NCBI GenBank assembly: GCA_030704615.1
Contig: CM060731.1
Location: 8,556,001-8,620,000, forward strand
Direction: 5' to 3'
Length of the DNA: 64,000 bases
Source: Takakia lepidozioides
Lineage: Eukaryota > Plantae > Bryophyta
Shown here: positions 11,461 to 26,586 of the stretch, piece after piece
Layout of the letters: every line of letters starts with the position of its first letter
Numbering within the stretch: the first letter of the stretch is position 1
The notes under the pieces: model-generated
What the model was told of the DNA's origin: nothing
Database searches by the model: none
The model's input: the letters and a program-made list of their open reading frames with translations, nothing else
Program-made: the position numbers and the translations under genes

Positions 11461-14400
11461 ATGTGCTAATTGTGTCACTGAATTAGTTGTTAATTAGGAA
11501 CCGTACATGTATCCCTATCAACTACAAATCTATGAATCTTGACATTTGTATTTACTGACTGCAACGTTATCTTGAATATTACTGATTTTGGAATGTAAAA
11601 TTATCTTTATATCGCATTTGGTTTTATTGGCTTACATGCTTCTGTCTTCACGTTCTGATTTATGAAGATAATGTAGTGAATATGAACGCATATGAGTCCG
11701 ATGCATTATGGAACATAGTATATCTTCCTCTGTTTATATTGTATCCCAAGTCTGTATGGTGCATAACCGTACTGCGATAGGACTGGAGTGTGAAAATTTT
11801 GACAACAATATAAACAGTGTCCTTCCATGTGCCCGGCCCATCTTTAAGGGAGGAGGTGGACAGAAATGGCTAGGTACGCATAATGCTTCTATGTATGGGA
11901 CAGCTGCCCCATCGCCGAGCTAGACAGTAAAGTGCTGAGCTGATATGATATTGATGCTCATACCCAAACCCTGGGATAAGGCTTTGGCGATATTGATATT
12001 GATATTTAAGAGAGCTAAAAACACTAGATTTCCCACATATCAATATCAAACTTGTAAGGGCTTTTTGCCCACCAAAAATATTTCATAATAAAATTAATCA
12101 GGGCTACAATCCCCTTGTTCATTAAAAAAATAAAAATAAAAACAAATATCAAAATTGGGCAAACCCACGTGCTTAGAAATTGCCTTCAGTCCCTATATTG
12201 GGTCTTCACCCGTTTATCTGGGTGCCTAGTTCGAACCTCACCAGTACTAATCTTCGGGATATCCGTCACGGTCTACCGTGTGTTTGTGCCTTATGGGGCC
12301 AAGGGCCATCAAGGGTTCTAATTTTTTTCCCTTCAATAATTATAATAAAGTTAATCCGGCTATTCACCAAAAGAAAAGAAAAAAGAAAAAAAGAAAAATC
12401 AAAAGGTTGGACATGTTGCTTTTTGCCGCCGCCTTGCATGACATTTAGTGCACGCGTTGTGCGCTGCTCTGAAGATTGATAGTATACTTTGAGTGTTATA
12501 GCATGTCGGCGTGATAATCAAGTTTCTGGAAACTTGAATACAAACTATCTAAAGTATTTAGGAATACTAACTAACTTCACAACTCTGGTCATCTAAAAAA
12601 GTACATTAGCGTTAGTATTAGTTAGTGATTAGATAATATTTTGGTTTAGTTAGTCAGTATTCCTCATGACTTTGATAAGTTTGTATAAATTTCACATGGA
12701 CAGGGCGCTCTTCAAAAATGGTTAAAGAACTTCTTTTCAACCCCGACCCCCCATATTGATAACAGTAGATTATCATCCATGTTTGATTGTTATTGATATG
12801 TTGTCTAACAATTTCAATAATGGGCTTGATTGATCACATTAAAGTCCAAAATTATCACCCGGCCCGCTAAGCTCCACAATGTCATGGAAACGCTTGACGA
12901 GACACTATTATTTTCTCCACGTACTCCACGAATGCCTAAACTTGCGGTCGTGCGAGCTCCCCCTACATGGAAGGAGGCTCTAATGGCACCTATCGCTAGT
13001 ACTATGATGCACTTTGTTTTTCTAACAGTAATGAAGACACGCAATTAGTTTCAGAACTGCATCATCAGAAAAAACGTTTGTACCAGTGCTGGACTGGTAT
13101 CGGGTTTTGCTTATACCAGTAGGTTCCTGGTAGGAAGCAATTTTGTTTTTGTGTTCTGGTAGGTTGTTAAAAAAAAAAAATCTTAAATTCTGGTACCAGG
13201 CTGGTATCAACAATGCACTTCACGAAAAAATGGAGGTCGGATGTCAACAATGGTCCTCTAAAATATTCTTTGCAAAATATCAACAACGGTTATCAATACT
13301 TGAAGTGCAGAAACGTGTCACTTTTGTAAACTACTTGAAGAGCCAATCTGCAGATCATAAGGAAGTTCAGCATGTTGTTGCCTAGCTTCAATGCCTAGCT
13401 TCAAATCCACACTACATGGCAATGCTACTCCTACCATATCTGTCGTAGCTGCTACTATATCCCCTCCCACATTGATACCAGGAAGCTCGTACCAGGAGCT
13501 GCAACATAACTATAAACACGGGTAACAACACCGGATCCTATCGCCGTAAGCCCGAGGCAGGTAGGTTCCTGTAGACCTGTTTTCTCTTTTTCTTTTGTAT
13601 ACACAAAAAAACCATGTGCCATGTACCTCTTTTCCTCAATCCAAATACATACATTCCATGTATAGACTCTCTATGGCTAAGGTGGACCTCAAGGACTAGA
13701 AGAAATCATATACCTGACATCACACTACAAACAAATTAAATGGTATTGAAGGGGAGGGCTTTGACGATCTTACATCATACCCATTGGCATATTTTCTGTC
13801 ATGTCTATATCCCCTATTCATTGCAATTGAGATTGACCAGAATTAAACAAGATAGAAAATGGGTGGGCTTTGATGATCAAGCCATTTGACCTTTTATCTG
13901 ATCTCATCAGCTTCCACTGTCCATATCCGAATACATTAAAAACTAAGTTAGACAGAAGTGGAGAGGGTGGGCTTTGATGACCATCCGTCTACTTTTTTTC
14001 CTAGAGACAACCTCATTCCCGGGCCATTTCTTAGTTTCAACGAGGTTGATGCTTTCCTGCGGAAAATAATAGTCTTTAACTAGTCTGACCTTCCGGGAGA
14101 ACATGACTCGTGCTTCAAAGCATTCATATCTATGTCACTAGTCTATGCGACCCTTTTCCCAATCCACACTATAAAAAACGCAATGGGTCCAAGAGTACTT
14201 GCATTATTGGGTTTTATCTTTTAGTAACTATGAGGTCAAATAGTTGGTTGTCTATTCTCTTCCAGATGTTGCTCATAGTCAACCTCATAATTGTTAGGCA
14301 CAAATAATAGGGTGCATCCATCCGTTATACCCTAAACTTCCACACTAAGGCTAGGACGAAACAAGATGTAGAGCCATGATCGGCAAAGATCACGAATATT

Positions 14401-15941
14401 TTGCAACCCCTAGTGATTTGGTGCATTGAGGATATTAGTTTGCAAAGGGATGATCGTCAAGGCCCAACCCCGCCTCCAAAGTATTTCTCGATATTTTAAA
14501 AAATATGGAAAAAGTAAAAATCACATGATGTGGGTGGTCTTTTATGACCTCATTATTTTTCTCAAATATGAATTTCTTTTCATGTCACATTCAATGACCC
14601 TTAGTACCATTCTGCAAATTTGGGGACATTAGAGGGATTTTTCCAACCTGCTATATGGCCCTTTTTGGCTATCCTGGGGTGTTGGCTCCATTTCATCTGC
14701 TATCGATTGTTGCGCTCACTCTTCCCATCTTCCCTTAAGCATGAGCATAGGCTTGATCCTCCACGTTAGCGCACGCCGTAGCTACACTCCAACTCATAAC
14801 AAACATGAGAAATATGTCCCATTTAGCTTCACCCTTAGACAACGCAGCTATCCCCCCCCCCCCGGGCGAATATTGAAAATTCAGATTAGTTTTAGGGACA
14901 GAGTTATCCAGCATCCTAACACTGGTATATATATATATGAGACCCTGAAAGGGCCACTTGGTACCCACATGGGGAGGGCCTCTAATTTACGCTACCTTGG
15001 GTTGGGTTTTTTTAAGAGGATGGATGTTTATGATATGAAAGTAGGATGATTATCTCCACATGTGAGATGGATGAACGTGTGGAACAAGAGGCGCTGCCAT
15101 GGTGCGCCGCGACGGCCAGTCCGCCAAGGGCGTGGCCCCTTGGGTGCCGCTCGATGTAGCGGCCACGGATAATCGGGATTCAGAATCTTATCGCTTGAAC
15201 GGCCACCAACAGTCTCTCTCACTAAAGTCTCGGCAGCCTTGAGAGCACAAGCCGACAAAGTGGTGCCTTGCCTTCTAGTTGCTCTAGTGAAGCAGATTCA
15301 CGGATCCTTGCCTTGATACTGCTGACCAACTGCTGCTACGCCTATTTGCAGTGCATTGCTTCTAATTGGTAGAAGGGAATACCGAGAGGAGGAGGAATTG
15401 TGGGAAGTTTCAGAAAGCAATCCATGTTGCTTTCTGATTCTTAGAGTAGCAATGTAATTTTGACAATCGATATCGCAGTCTCAACTTCCCAATCAGTCTC
15501 TCCGGCATGCGACTCCAATCTGCTGATTCCGCAGTGTCTGTGGCTGGCTTCATAGAAGTGAACGTCAAAGGGCTGAATTTGGGAGAGAGGGAATGGCGCG
15601 CTACTTTTCCCGTTAACATAGAGTAGTGCTGAACAAATGATGAATCAAGCGTCCTCTTTTGTTATCTCCGGCCTCTTATCTCCTGAGCATCTGGAAGACT
15701 ACTCAGTTTCAGTGTCTTGAGTTGCCCCCGTCCTTGCAGGCAAGATCCTTTGCAGTCTTGCTAGTAGAGTGATTTTGTACTGTCTTTCTCACCGGTCGGC
15801 TTCCTTCTCCCATGATATATGGCAGCTTGGATTGCGTGAAATTTCAGGGGATGTAAGAAGTGTCATTGATTGTTCCACAGACTAACTTGTGACTTGATTC
15901 TCAAGAGAGCAAGAGTGTTTGGAGGGCGAGAAAGCACATAG

Positions 15942-17043
15942 ATGGCGGGTAGTTGCGAAATCATGTTCTCCGCGCCCCCTTTAGTAGCGCTATTGCCTTT
16001 GAAGAGCAAGCCCTTGCAAATCGACCCAGAGGCTGGACATCCGAGAGATGGGGCCGTGAGAGGGTACAATTTAGGGAATGCAGATATCAGGGCAGCCAGT
16101 GAGAAGCAAACGTTGACAGATTTGTCACAGGTTAGCACTCCAGGCCGCCTTTCGAATCCCCCCTGCACTCTGGCCTTTGTTTATGGCACATTGAAAAAGG
16201 GGTTCTCGAACTACTGGCTGATGGAGGATGCGATGGGGAAAGGCCATGCCCGCTTTGTCGGGGTCGCGAGAACGAGGCAAAAATTTCCACTGGTGTGCGG
16301 CCCGTTTCAAGTGCCCTTCCTTCTCAACATCCCATCCTGCGGCTGCCATGTTCGCGGGGAATTGTATGAGGTTAGTATTTGAGCAAAGGCTTTCGTCGCT
16401 GAAGCTATTTGAATTTCTGCGCGTTCTCTCTGAATACTGTAGTGGTGTGTTGAAATTGCGGGAGGCTCTGGCTGTAAATTCTTACGGACCTGTGTCTCTT
16501 GAAAGCTTTTCAAAGAGCTATGTAGGAGCCTGGTGAGGCCGTTATGAGGCCTCTTAAGTAGTAAGAGCAGCACGCAGGCGGTGATCTTCAGACTATAGAT
16601 TCTGCCATCAGTGCACTGGGTGCTTTAGCAACGAGGGTAGTCCAGTCTACGCTCGTTCTATTTCTGTCCATTGAACTGTTCACCCAAAAACCTCTCTACA
16701 AATGATGCAGGTTGACCGCTCGGCTGTTGAGCTCCTTGATGAGTTGGAAGGAGTATCAAAGGGACATTATCAGAGGTCTCCCATCGCTCTAACGGGGCTT
16801 CAGTTACAGCAATTTGACTTTCCCCTTGGAGACATTGAAGCGGAGGCTTACTTCGCAGCTTCATCGTTCACCGAAGGCCTTTCCCGTGCTCCCCACCTGG
16901 AATCCTACACAGCTAAAGAAACAGTGACATACGTGAAGAGGAAAGACAGACCCCAGGGTCCTACATTTTTAGAGCTAGTGAGGGCATGGATTGATGCCCA
17001 GGAAAGTGCATTGAATGAGAATAGGGTGCTTCCTATTGGGTAG
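15942..17043 (+). CDS. Gamma-glutamylcyclotransferase / AIG2-like (GGACT) family protein, 2 exons, ~253 aa
   Basis: Exons 15942-16370 and 16711-17043, phase-0 GT-AG intron. Motifs AFVYGTLKKGFSN, VRGELYEV and LDELEG...Y.R. Confidence 0.9.
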
Positions 17044-18024
17044 TTGATCTCAATCACTTCCTCGTGGTCCAACTCTGCTGAATATAGTTATGATAAAGAC
17101 TTTGTGACCAACCACAACGACGTCCTTTCATGCATGTGACTAACCTCACCAATAAGCCCAACACGAACAAAACCAGTCTTCAAAGTGGTATACAAGAAAT
17201 GCTTTGCACAACAGTCCTTGTGATGTACTTTGTGCCAGTGACACACCTCCAAGGTCTTAATGATGCAGATAAGGTCTCTTGGGTGTAGATAAGCCCCAGG
17301 AAAAATGCCTTTTGCTCCTCCTCCACCTCCCACAACATGAAGCGCATCTCACTGCCTGGATCATCTGTCGGAGAATCTTTATCATTGACCACTAGTAAAC
17401 ATCTTCTATGCCGAATTCCTGCTTTGAGAAGTTTGCAGTGACCTGAAGTGAGAAGCAGGTGAGTGCAGCAATATCGTAGTGCTTTCTAAAGCTGAAAGCT
17501 CACAATTCTGATTAGTGTATCAATCACGAGGCTTTCAACATCAATTAAAAAGGAAAGTAAGTGTAAAGTCCAGTCCAGGAGTTCAATGACTGGGCTGTAA
17601 GGTTTCCGAGAAACTCAGATGTTGGTGCCAGCTGCAGGTGCCAACAGAGGAGGGAGAGTCTCAGTTGACAAAGTACCAAAGTGGAACATCAAATGCAAAC
17701 CAATTGAGGTCATTAGATCTCCACATTTTTGGCTTGGGAGGCAGCAAAGTCTTAAATGGATAACTCAAATAACTGCTGACTCCAGTGCATAAAAACGCAC
17801 TGGATGAATTGAATGAAACCTAAGCTCGGAGTTATCAGTTCTGTTCCAGCCACAGCTGGTATCGAATTTTTTTATCTCAACCTGATCTCGTCAGCACAAC
17901 ATCCTAGCCTGAAGAGGGATGAGAAGGTGGACTAATGATGAATGACCTAAGATGAATACCTATCAACCTACAAAATGGATGGAGAGATGGCATGGCTAGC
18001 CTGTAATGTGACCCCTTTGCTATT

Positions 18025-20202
18025 CTAAGCTCTGGTGCCAGCAATATTTGATGATACAATGGACGTCAACCATCGCTTCCAAGGGGCGTCCTCCTGGTGC
18101 TTTACCCATGACAGAAATGCACTGTCAATAAGGCAAAAAAAGTTGACAACGAGTAGCTGGTGCCGGACTGGAACAAAACGGAAGTTGCAAACCTGGAACC
18201 ATATCCACACAAGAGTCAAACAATAAGCTTGGCGAGCTGGACAAGACAATCCCATGTAATGAACAAAAGTCCTCAGTAAGTGGGCAAAGAATGGCAAACC
18301 TGGACACACATCCACATGACTCCCTCAGTCATAAATGAGGGCAGGAAGTCACGTCGCACATCACGTTTCACTTGATCAAACGGCTTCCCCGCAGCCAACC
18401 CCATGTAAGTGAAATATGTCAATAGGTGAACGGGCCCAAAAATGAAGGTGTCCGAAAATAATTTTGTGCCCAAAAAACGCAGAGATTTAGGCTGGAGCTT
18501 GAGCCTCTTGATACATAATGCCTCCAATCCCTCATACCTGCATTGACAACAATGTTCTTATGCGTGTATGAAACAAGAGAGAGCAGAAAGAAGAACACAA
18601 AAGAAAGAAACTGAATAATGTCCGCAGGGCGTCAAGAGCCCATGAGACAAAGTAGAACACCAACAAATGACTTAAAAACACTGACCCTCACCAAGCTGTA
18701 CTTGATTTGTCTGGAACAGGGTACAATGAGTGGTCCAGATTCACACCAGGTACTATTACTCATAGGCTGTACCACCAATATATAGATATACACACCTCTG
18801 CTATAGGGGCGAAGAGCAAAGAAGATATAAAAATGTTTTTGCAACAGCCACACAGCCATAACCCTGAGGCAGTTCAAGTTGTAGGAATAGTGAAGTTTAC
18901 GGAAGTGGGGGGAACCTATGCCATTGCTGCAGACTTGCTCCTCCAGGGCAACTTCTGTTTGCAAACGAGATGAGATCTGACCTTTCAAAGTTTCCCACAA
19001 CAGGTCTGGATGTCTGGACCATATCAGTGGTATCCAAAATGGAATGCTTACACATTCCGTGACTTGAAGATGGAAAAGAATTTCGTACCAGAAATGACCC
19101 ACAGGGCCCACAAAGCCAAAGCCAAATGAGCCAGCAGTTGCGACTCTCCTCCAGTCAATTGTCCCTCCAGTCGGATCCTCCAATTGATGCCTGTCAACAG
19201 CCTGCCAAAATACATAATTATCTTTGGCTTGTGCAACTCTACTGCAACCACTATTTTTGCAAACAAAAGAACACACCATAAGAACAGTGTATACATATTT
19301 GAATGTAATATGTGCATACTAGTAGAAATGGCTGACCAGGTCAGCTTCAAGTCAGGTTAAACCCTTCGCATTTTTTCTGAATTCATGGATGATCTTAGAT
19401 TGAGAACTTGTCGGAATTGGCATTGAACACTCTGTTGAGGTGTACATCTCACAGGACAATCACACCTATAGGGTTGGGAAAGCACTTCCAACTCTCCAAC
19501 GCTTGATTGCTCTCGTATAGGCTTCTTGCTACTGAAAGGCAATAACACCAACAATTATACCATGTCTGGAAAATCCGTCCAAATTTGGCCAAGAACGATG
19601 AACCCTATCAGTTCACAAGCATGACCCCATCAGCAGCTCTGTAAGGCCCATTTTCATGCAATTCACTCCCTTACAGATGTTGCAATTCTTACCTGAATAT
19701 CCCAATCATTTGTTGAGTGAGGTATACTGATGTAGTGTTTTGTCGAAGAAGACCCGAAAAAACCCTAATCCTCTTTTAGGCTGGTTCTCAGGGTCCAGAG
19801 GTTGAGGAGGACAGACACAGAATCAGAGCCCATGGCTCATTTAGCTGGAGGTCGACGAGCTCCGCACAACGACACAAGAAATTTCATCAACAGTATTATG
19901 TGGTTACATGAGGGCATTAGGGATATGAGAGCCTCCATACGTGATTTCCGTAAGACTGATAAGAAGAACGCCACGATACAGGGAGAGGCACGCACCGTGT
20001 TATCCTCAGGTGGTTGATGAATGAGTTTGGGAGAAGCCTTGGGAGCACGAGGACGCTGCAAGCTATGAGTGATGGACTGGGCGGCAGCGTCCCCCAATAC
20101 CCATAACGCGGCGGACGTTATCATCTGTGTGCGCACAGGGTACTTGGCAAGATTTGCCTGATACCGTCCCCACAACCCCTTCATCCCCATTGCCCCTGCC
20201 AT
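18025..20202 (-). CDS. MPV17: Mpv17/PMP22 family membrane protein, 4 exons, ~241 aa
   Basis: Exons 20202-19996, 19201-19089, 18537-18300 and 18192-18025 join in frame. Motifs YPVRTQMITS..GD..AQ, DWRRV...FG.GFVGPVGHFWY and NFRFVPV.HQLLVVN..C..DSAFLSW. Confidence 0.92.
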
Positions 20203-22616
20203 TGCGCAGTGAACAGACGTATTTGTGCGAGGCAGGCGGAGAGCACAGTATTGGTGCAGCGATGTTAAGGCAGAGGGATAACCTTGCGGAATTTGAATTG
20301 ACTGAAAACCTCTTCTTGTACAGATTTCTTTGAAGAACACACAGAACTGTCCCCAGTGCAAAATTAATTCTTCTTCCAACCTATCTGATGTGCCCAAACA
20401 AATGGGGCAATGATAAAACTGGAAGCAAACAAATGCTTATAAGTAATCGGGATGAAACCGCCATGAATTTGCTCTAGGGCGAAAACGTGGAGGAGGTGCG
20501 AGACGACAGGGAGCTGGGATGAGGAAGGTGGATGAAGGATGAAGTGTCGTTATTGCTGTATGGATGCACGCTGAGGGGCGGATGCACAGTGGACGAATGA
20601 ACGTTGACATAGAGGGTACTTGGGCTGGATGGATGAAGTATTACATTGTAATGAGACCTATCTGTACAAGCGTACTGAGACCTATCTACGCCAGACATTA
20701 GATTCCTCAGTTAGATTCCTCAGGCGTGTCTTACCATTGGGATGCTACCCTTCACTCTATTCGGAGTTGCCCTAAGCTACGACGTGGATACTTAGAAGAA
20801 ATACAATTTCTTTTGGTCTGTTGTCTCTGGGATGACCTTGATTCCAGCTCTGTTCCAGCTATGTCAATTCTCCTCCACTTTTGAGTTGAAACTATTATCA
20901 ATAAAATGATGTATGCAGCGTAATTTTGTATCGTCTGTTCATTTTTGTTTTAATACAAACCATTGTCACGGATTGTCACGTGATGATGGGGGATCTCCCT
21001 ATCTGTACTTTATTTAGGGACCTTAATTTTGTTTTGACTTGTTGGTTGGAGTAAATTTAGATCTTCCAGCCGATGTTGCAGGTTGGTACTTTGATTGAGA
21101 CACTGGTCAAGGGGAGATCTCCCTTGCTTCATATATATGCAAGTTATGAAATTTCTCATTGCTCTAGATGTGGACCGTCACTAATAATGTTCTAGGGATA
21201 TGTCCTGGGACCTTTATTACGATAGTGAAAGAAACATGTTAGTGACAAGAAATCTCCTTGTGTCTATGGAGGAGATTTATGCGAAAGAGCAATATTTCGG
21301 TTTGTGCCATTCGTGATGAGGGGTTGAGTGGACAGCTGTCTTCGACCTCCTAGAGTGGTATTCTACACACCCGTCACCATTCAATATTTCACTATTGTAG
21401 TCATGCTTATCAAGATTCTTTGGATTGTCAGCTGAATTGAACCTATCTGTGGTCATTCAAAATCAAGAGTCCATAATGACTTAAATGTGAATATAGTAAA
21501 AACTAGTAGCATGTGAAGATGGCAATTGAAATGTAGAGTAGTTTGAGATCCAATAAGACCTTCGGAGAGAGCCGGTATAAAACATTGGAAATAGTTCTCA
21601 GCCTCCACGGAGATGTGTCAGCGGATGCACTTATTGGGGGTCTTTGTACGTTGTGTTGTCATGTTCATCATCCCCTAATTCCTTGTCTATTACTCCACAA
21701 AGTATGGCCCTAGTTCTATCTTTAGTTTGCGGGCATGTCATGCTTGGAAGACCCCACACATTCTCACTTCATGCATCACATGAGCGTTTGCCAGACCCAG
21801 GAAATGCAGTCTTACTAGCAAATGCAGACCCATGCAAATCCAATTAGTACCAAGTTTATGCAATATAAACTATTGATGGGCCACCACTCCACTAAATGTT
21901 GTATTGGTCTGCCCGGGTATTTGTAAACTATTGGAAGTTGGCCATCAACTTTGGAAGGGTGTCTCTGATGCTAGTCTCTGGTGTCATACAAGAAGACTAT
22001 TTGTGCATTCTTCATACATATATTTTCAATGTCAGGTATGTACTTCTTCTCCGATGCCCTGTCTTAGCAGTGTCTTAGTAGATCAATGAGATTGTTTTAA
22101 TGGACCAGTAGTTTGGTACGTTGATGGATCTCCAAGAGAATGGCACAAATTGGGGAATGAGAACAGTGCAATCTGCCTTGAGGAGTGCAAACTACGCACC
22201 TGTTGGCTGCAACTCCATTATCTTGCTGCAACATCATCACACGTAATCTCATTATTATTTTCCTCTCTACAACACAAGTTTGCTGTATATTTATGTTGCA
22301 TTAAGATGTGAATAATTGCAGCCTCATATCTCATGTTGTCTTACATCTCTCGACGCCAACTTTTAAACTCTCGCCAGGCTGGCCTGGCTCCGTTGGGATT
22401 TAATATTGGACAGCTCACAGAGAGCAAGTTGATACTTGTGTGAAGGGCTTTTCAAAGTAAAATCTAGAAAGCCCAACCAAAAAATTTATTACACCGCTAC
22501 TGGAGTGACCCCATCACAAAAGTAGTATTTATTTGCTTTTGCTCCATCTAAATTGGACGCAAGCTCTATGGCCACAATGCTCAACAAACAACATGTATAA
22601 GTACATTATGAACCAT

Positions 22617-22617
<1 letters not shown>

Positions 22618-22655
<38 letters not shown>

Positions 22656-22755
22656 CCCCTCCATCCCTGCCTCCTCTGCTCACAGCTACCTCCCTTCCTA
22701 CCCCCTCTGTTTTTGTCAAGTTTAACCACCCCTATCCCCCCCCCCCCCCCCCCCC
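22618..22755. repeat. (CT)n microsatellite and poly-C run
   Basis: About 16 CT units at 22618-22650 and a C-run at about 22736-22755. Confidence 0.9.
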
Positions 22756-24256
22756 AATGACCATCATGTTGCTCTCTCCCAAACCCTGCTGACTGCTCAT
22801 CAGTTAACACGGTCCAAGAAAAAACACCAGACCAGCCGAGGGGGAGAAGGGCGTACAAGTGCTCAAACTTGGCACAAGGTTTATGGCCACAAAGCTAGAA
22901 CATCATCATGTTGGACAAGAGCACCTGCAACCAACAATGCACCAGCCTCAGTTACTGTCACATCTGCAGTGAAAATTCCACTTGGCCCAGCATCTAGACT
23001 CCCTTCTTAGTTGCATGCCAACTTGGGGCAATGGCCTGCCACTGCTGCCAATGTACCTGCAATGCGCCTAAACAGAATATTGTGCTCATACACAGAAAAT
23101 TGGGATGGTAACATCACTTCTCAAGCAGTATATTGATATGAAAGTAGACAGTTTAGAGAAATGGAAAGACTGACAGAAAAAAATACGAGATAGGGGAAGG
23201 GTCTTCAGAGAATGCTTACCTCATCTGAAGTATACCTTTGGTCCCTTGCCCCCTTGCTGCTCTCTCTCTCACAGTGCTGATTGGAGATGGGTATACAAAC
23301 CAAGAGATGTCATATACTGCACCCATTAGGAGATTATTATATTTTGCAGTTGTGCTAAACAATACAGGTGTTGTTAGAATGCATACCAACTGAAATACAG
23401 TCAAGCATTACGTGAGGTTTTGAACTAAACAGAACCTGTGATAATCAAGAAGAATATTTCATCCGTTCTTACGTAAAAGTCTCTCAGCTGATCCCCGTCA
23501 TTCGCCTTCGTAACTGACTTGTCATAATAGATGGACACAATTGTGTCTACAAGGTCCCTGCCTGACTGACAATCAACTGATTTTTCGATGGCTTCTGTAG
23601 GAAATGACCAAATGACAACCCAATACTCGAAAAATGTAAGGGAACTCAAATATCCCTCTCCCACAGGATGAAAAGAGACCTCTAAGAATTCACAAGAACC
23701 AGTTAAAGCTCACATAATAGGAAACCCTAGATGGAAGAAAGAGAGAGACAAAAGATAATGAAAGGAATAACCTAAGAGCGCTATGAGAAATTTAATATCA
23801 TAAAAAATTAATGTAAGTTGGTTTGAACTTAAGATCGCATAGTTGTGAACTATAAGCTAGTTTATCTAACCAACAATCCAAAGTGTATGATGTGTATAGA
23901 CTCTAACTTCTTACTGGTTCTTTTTTTTTTTTTTAAAAATTAAATTTTTAATAATTAAATTTAAATATTAATATAATTTTAAAGTCCTAAACTTGCCGAC
24001 ACGTGTCTTTTTCATCCCAAAAAATGAAAAAACAGACATTTTCAGTCTATTTTAACGCATTTCTGCCACCCTTTTGTTTTACATCCTCCTCCGCGGCCAC
24101 CTTTTTCATTTGCTGTGAATTTATTCTTCCAAATTGTCAACCTATTCAAAAATAAGGCGGCTCTTCAGCATAAAGGCTTGATCATACCACCACTTACAGA
24201 AGAATCAACTTCCCTACCAATACACTACATCTGCTATCTTAAAACATAGAGACATG

Positions 24257-24294
<38 letters not shown>

Positions 24295-24869
24295 CTTCTG
24301 CATCATATTGAATGATCTTGACTGCCATTAATGTGCTATTACTGTGTATTTCTTTTTTCATCCTAGTTGTTTACGTGTTCAAAAAGTTGTTTTAGAAGGA
24401 TTCGAACTCCTCACCTTTTCCTCTTGACTGCAATTAATGTGATACACACCTCATTAACTACACGTTTATGGAGCTACTCCATATTATTAACATCCATTGC
24501 TACCTAGAGGTTTATCTACAGCATAAGGCTTATCTGAGGGTGTTGTATCCTTGTTGTAGGTAAGATCGGGTGTAGGTATATCACGATCATCCCACTTTTT
24601 CAAAAGTGATGTGTGGTCTCCTCTTGAGGGAGGAGCCAATAAATGGAGGCGTTGGTACACTGGTACCTTACATTGGAGGTGGTATGGTGGGACAATGCCA
24701 AAGCCTTGGTACGCAGGGACGTTGCACTGAAGGTTGGTACGCTTGATTGAAGGCGCTTGTACGATGATATGTATAATGTTGGTACGATGGTACATGGTGA
24801 TAGCAAGGGAGTTAGCGTTCTTAGGGATACACAAGGAAGAAGAAGAAGATGGCGAATACGCATTACACA

Positions 24870-25250
24870 TTTACCCTCGACTATTATATATTTATCGGCT
24901 GATAAAGGGTATATCTAAACGATTAACCCTTCATATGGGTAAGGGTAAGGATAGTTGAAACTATTTATCTGCTTGAAGGGTAAGGGTAAGGATAAATGAA
25001 AATGGTATATCCGGGTAAATAATTTACCAATACCCTGATTTATCAGCGGAGTAAATCATGATAAGGGTAAATGATTTACCCGGATTGACCCATTTCGTTT
25101 ACCCTTATCCTTGTCCTTCAGACGGTAAATAATCTGAGATACCTGTACCCTTATCCGTCTGAAAGGTAAATAATTTCCATATGTCTTTTACTCGTAGGTA
25201 AATATTTAATAGTTGAAGGTAAATAAAAAAGGATAAATAAAGAAATGTAG
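24870..25250. repeat. hAT-type subterminal repeat region (TTACCC/GGGTAA/GATAAATAAA motifs)
   Basis: Same short motifs as at 25930-25990 and at 39655-39900, next to a CAGTGTT terminal repeat. No TIR is visible here. Confidence 0.5.
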
Positions 25251-26586
25251 GGTATCATGTATCTTGGCGCCTTCTTCTTCCTCGTGGAGTCTTGAAAGCA
25301 CAAGTGAAAACTCTTCTTTTTCTATCATCTCCACCACAAATGTTGTGCATTGAAGTGCTTGAAGACCACCCTGGCTGACTTCCAGTGAAAATGCAGGTGT
25401 CACTTCTTTTTATCTTGGATTACCTCTCGAATTTGAGTCAGAGTTTACTAAGCTCTTATCAGGGACGAGTACATAGTTTGTTGAAATGCATCCTTAACAC
25501 ATTCTAAATAATTGACCACAAGGATGTGGCGATGAGTCTATAAGGTTATGCTTGTCATTTTGGCTTGCCTGCATGAGTAAATCATAGGAAAGAGTTGAGT
25601 ATTGCAGCTTGCCAGCCAATAAGAATAGTCTTTTGTAGTCCAAATCAATGATTTGTCTAGTGACTAAGTAGCGATCTTATGAATAGAAATACCTACCACC
25701 ATGAGCATGTAATCTACCAGGTTTGCAACTGGCTGAATCAGTTTGGGGGACTAAAATGGGTGTCTTTCCATCTACATCCATGTGGGGCCATGGATTCTCC
25801 TTGAGTTGTAGCTATCATTTTTACTGGATAAAACATGAACAAAGAGATGGAGGATGTCATATTTAATTTAGCCTGTCTTACTAATCATAAAATATTTTTA
25901 ATTCGATCTAAGTGTCATATATTTTGAGGATAAATGATTTACCCTTTTATACCCACCGGATAAATAAAGGATATATTGAAGGATATATAGTATTTTTTTG
26001 TTTGTTATGCTCAACTCAAAAAATATAACTAATTAATTTAAGGTAGTCATTTTTTGGTTTAGTATGAGGCTGATAAGTTGTATCATATGTTGTGAATAAT
26101 ATGAGGGATGATCATGTGCGTGTCTCTTCAAACCAAAGATAATAATAAAATAAAGCCAGATGGCTTGAATGTACTTGCAAACCAGACCTCGGCCTCTCAC
26201 AAGCACACGTTGGCCTCCACCTCTCACAACTACCATTTATTTGGCTGACGTGGCAAGGGTTTTTTTTTTTTCATTTTTTCATGCGACGTGGCTGTTTTTT
26301 GTTTTTTTAAACCATATGTGGCTATTTTTACACATTATTGTTTTACTTATACATATATAAAATGATGCCAGCGTCACGTAAGTGTGTAACCCTAAACATC
26401 AGATAGTCCATTGTCATGAGTCAAATAACAAGTTTGGGATTTGCATTACAAGTTTGAAATTGGTTCTTCATATGCTGTCACCACCGTCCATGCTTTCAAC
26501 TCTTCCGGCGGTTTGTCTTCCATGTATTGATGCACATTCAAAACTCTATCAACTTGCAAGAAACCGCAGGAGCAGCAACCAAGCAA

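Noticed and set aside
20900-23700. Exon-like and retroelement-like fragments on the minus strand (e.g. 23216-23664, AVAGHCPKL near 23030)
   Set aside because: No consistent frame or recognisable domain could be assembled, so it is left unannotated.
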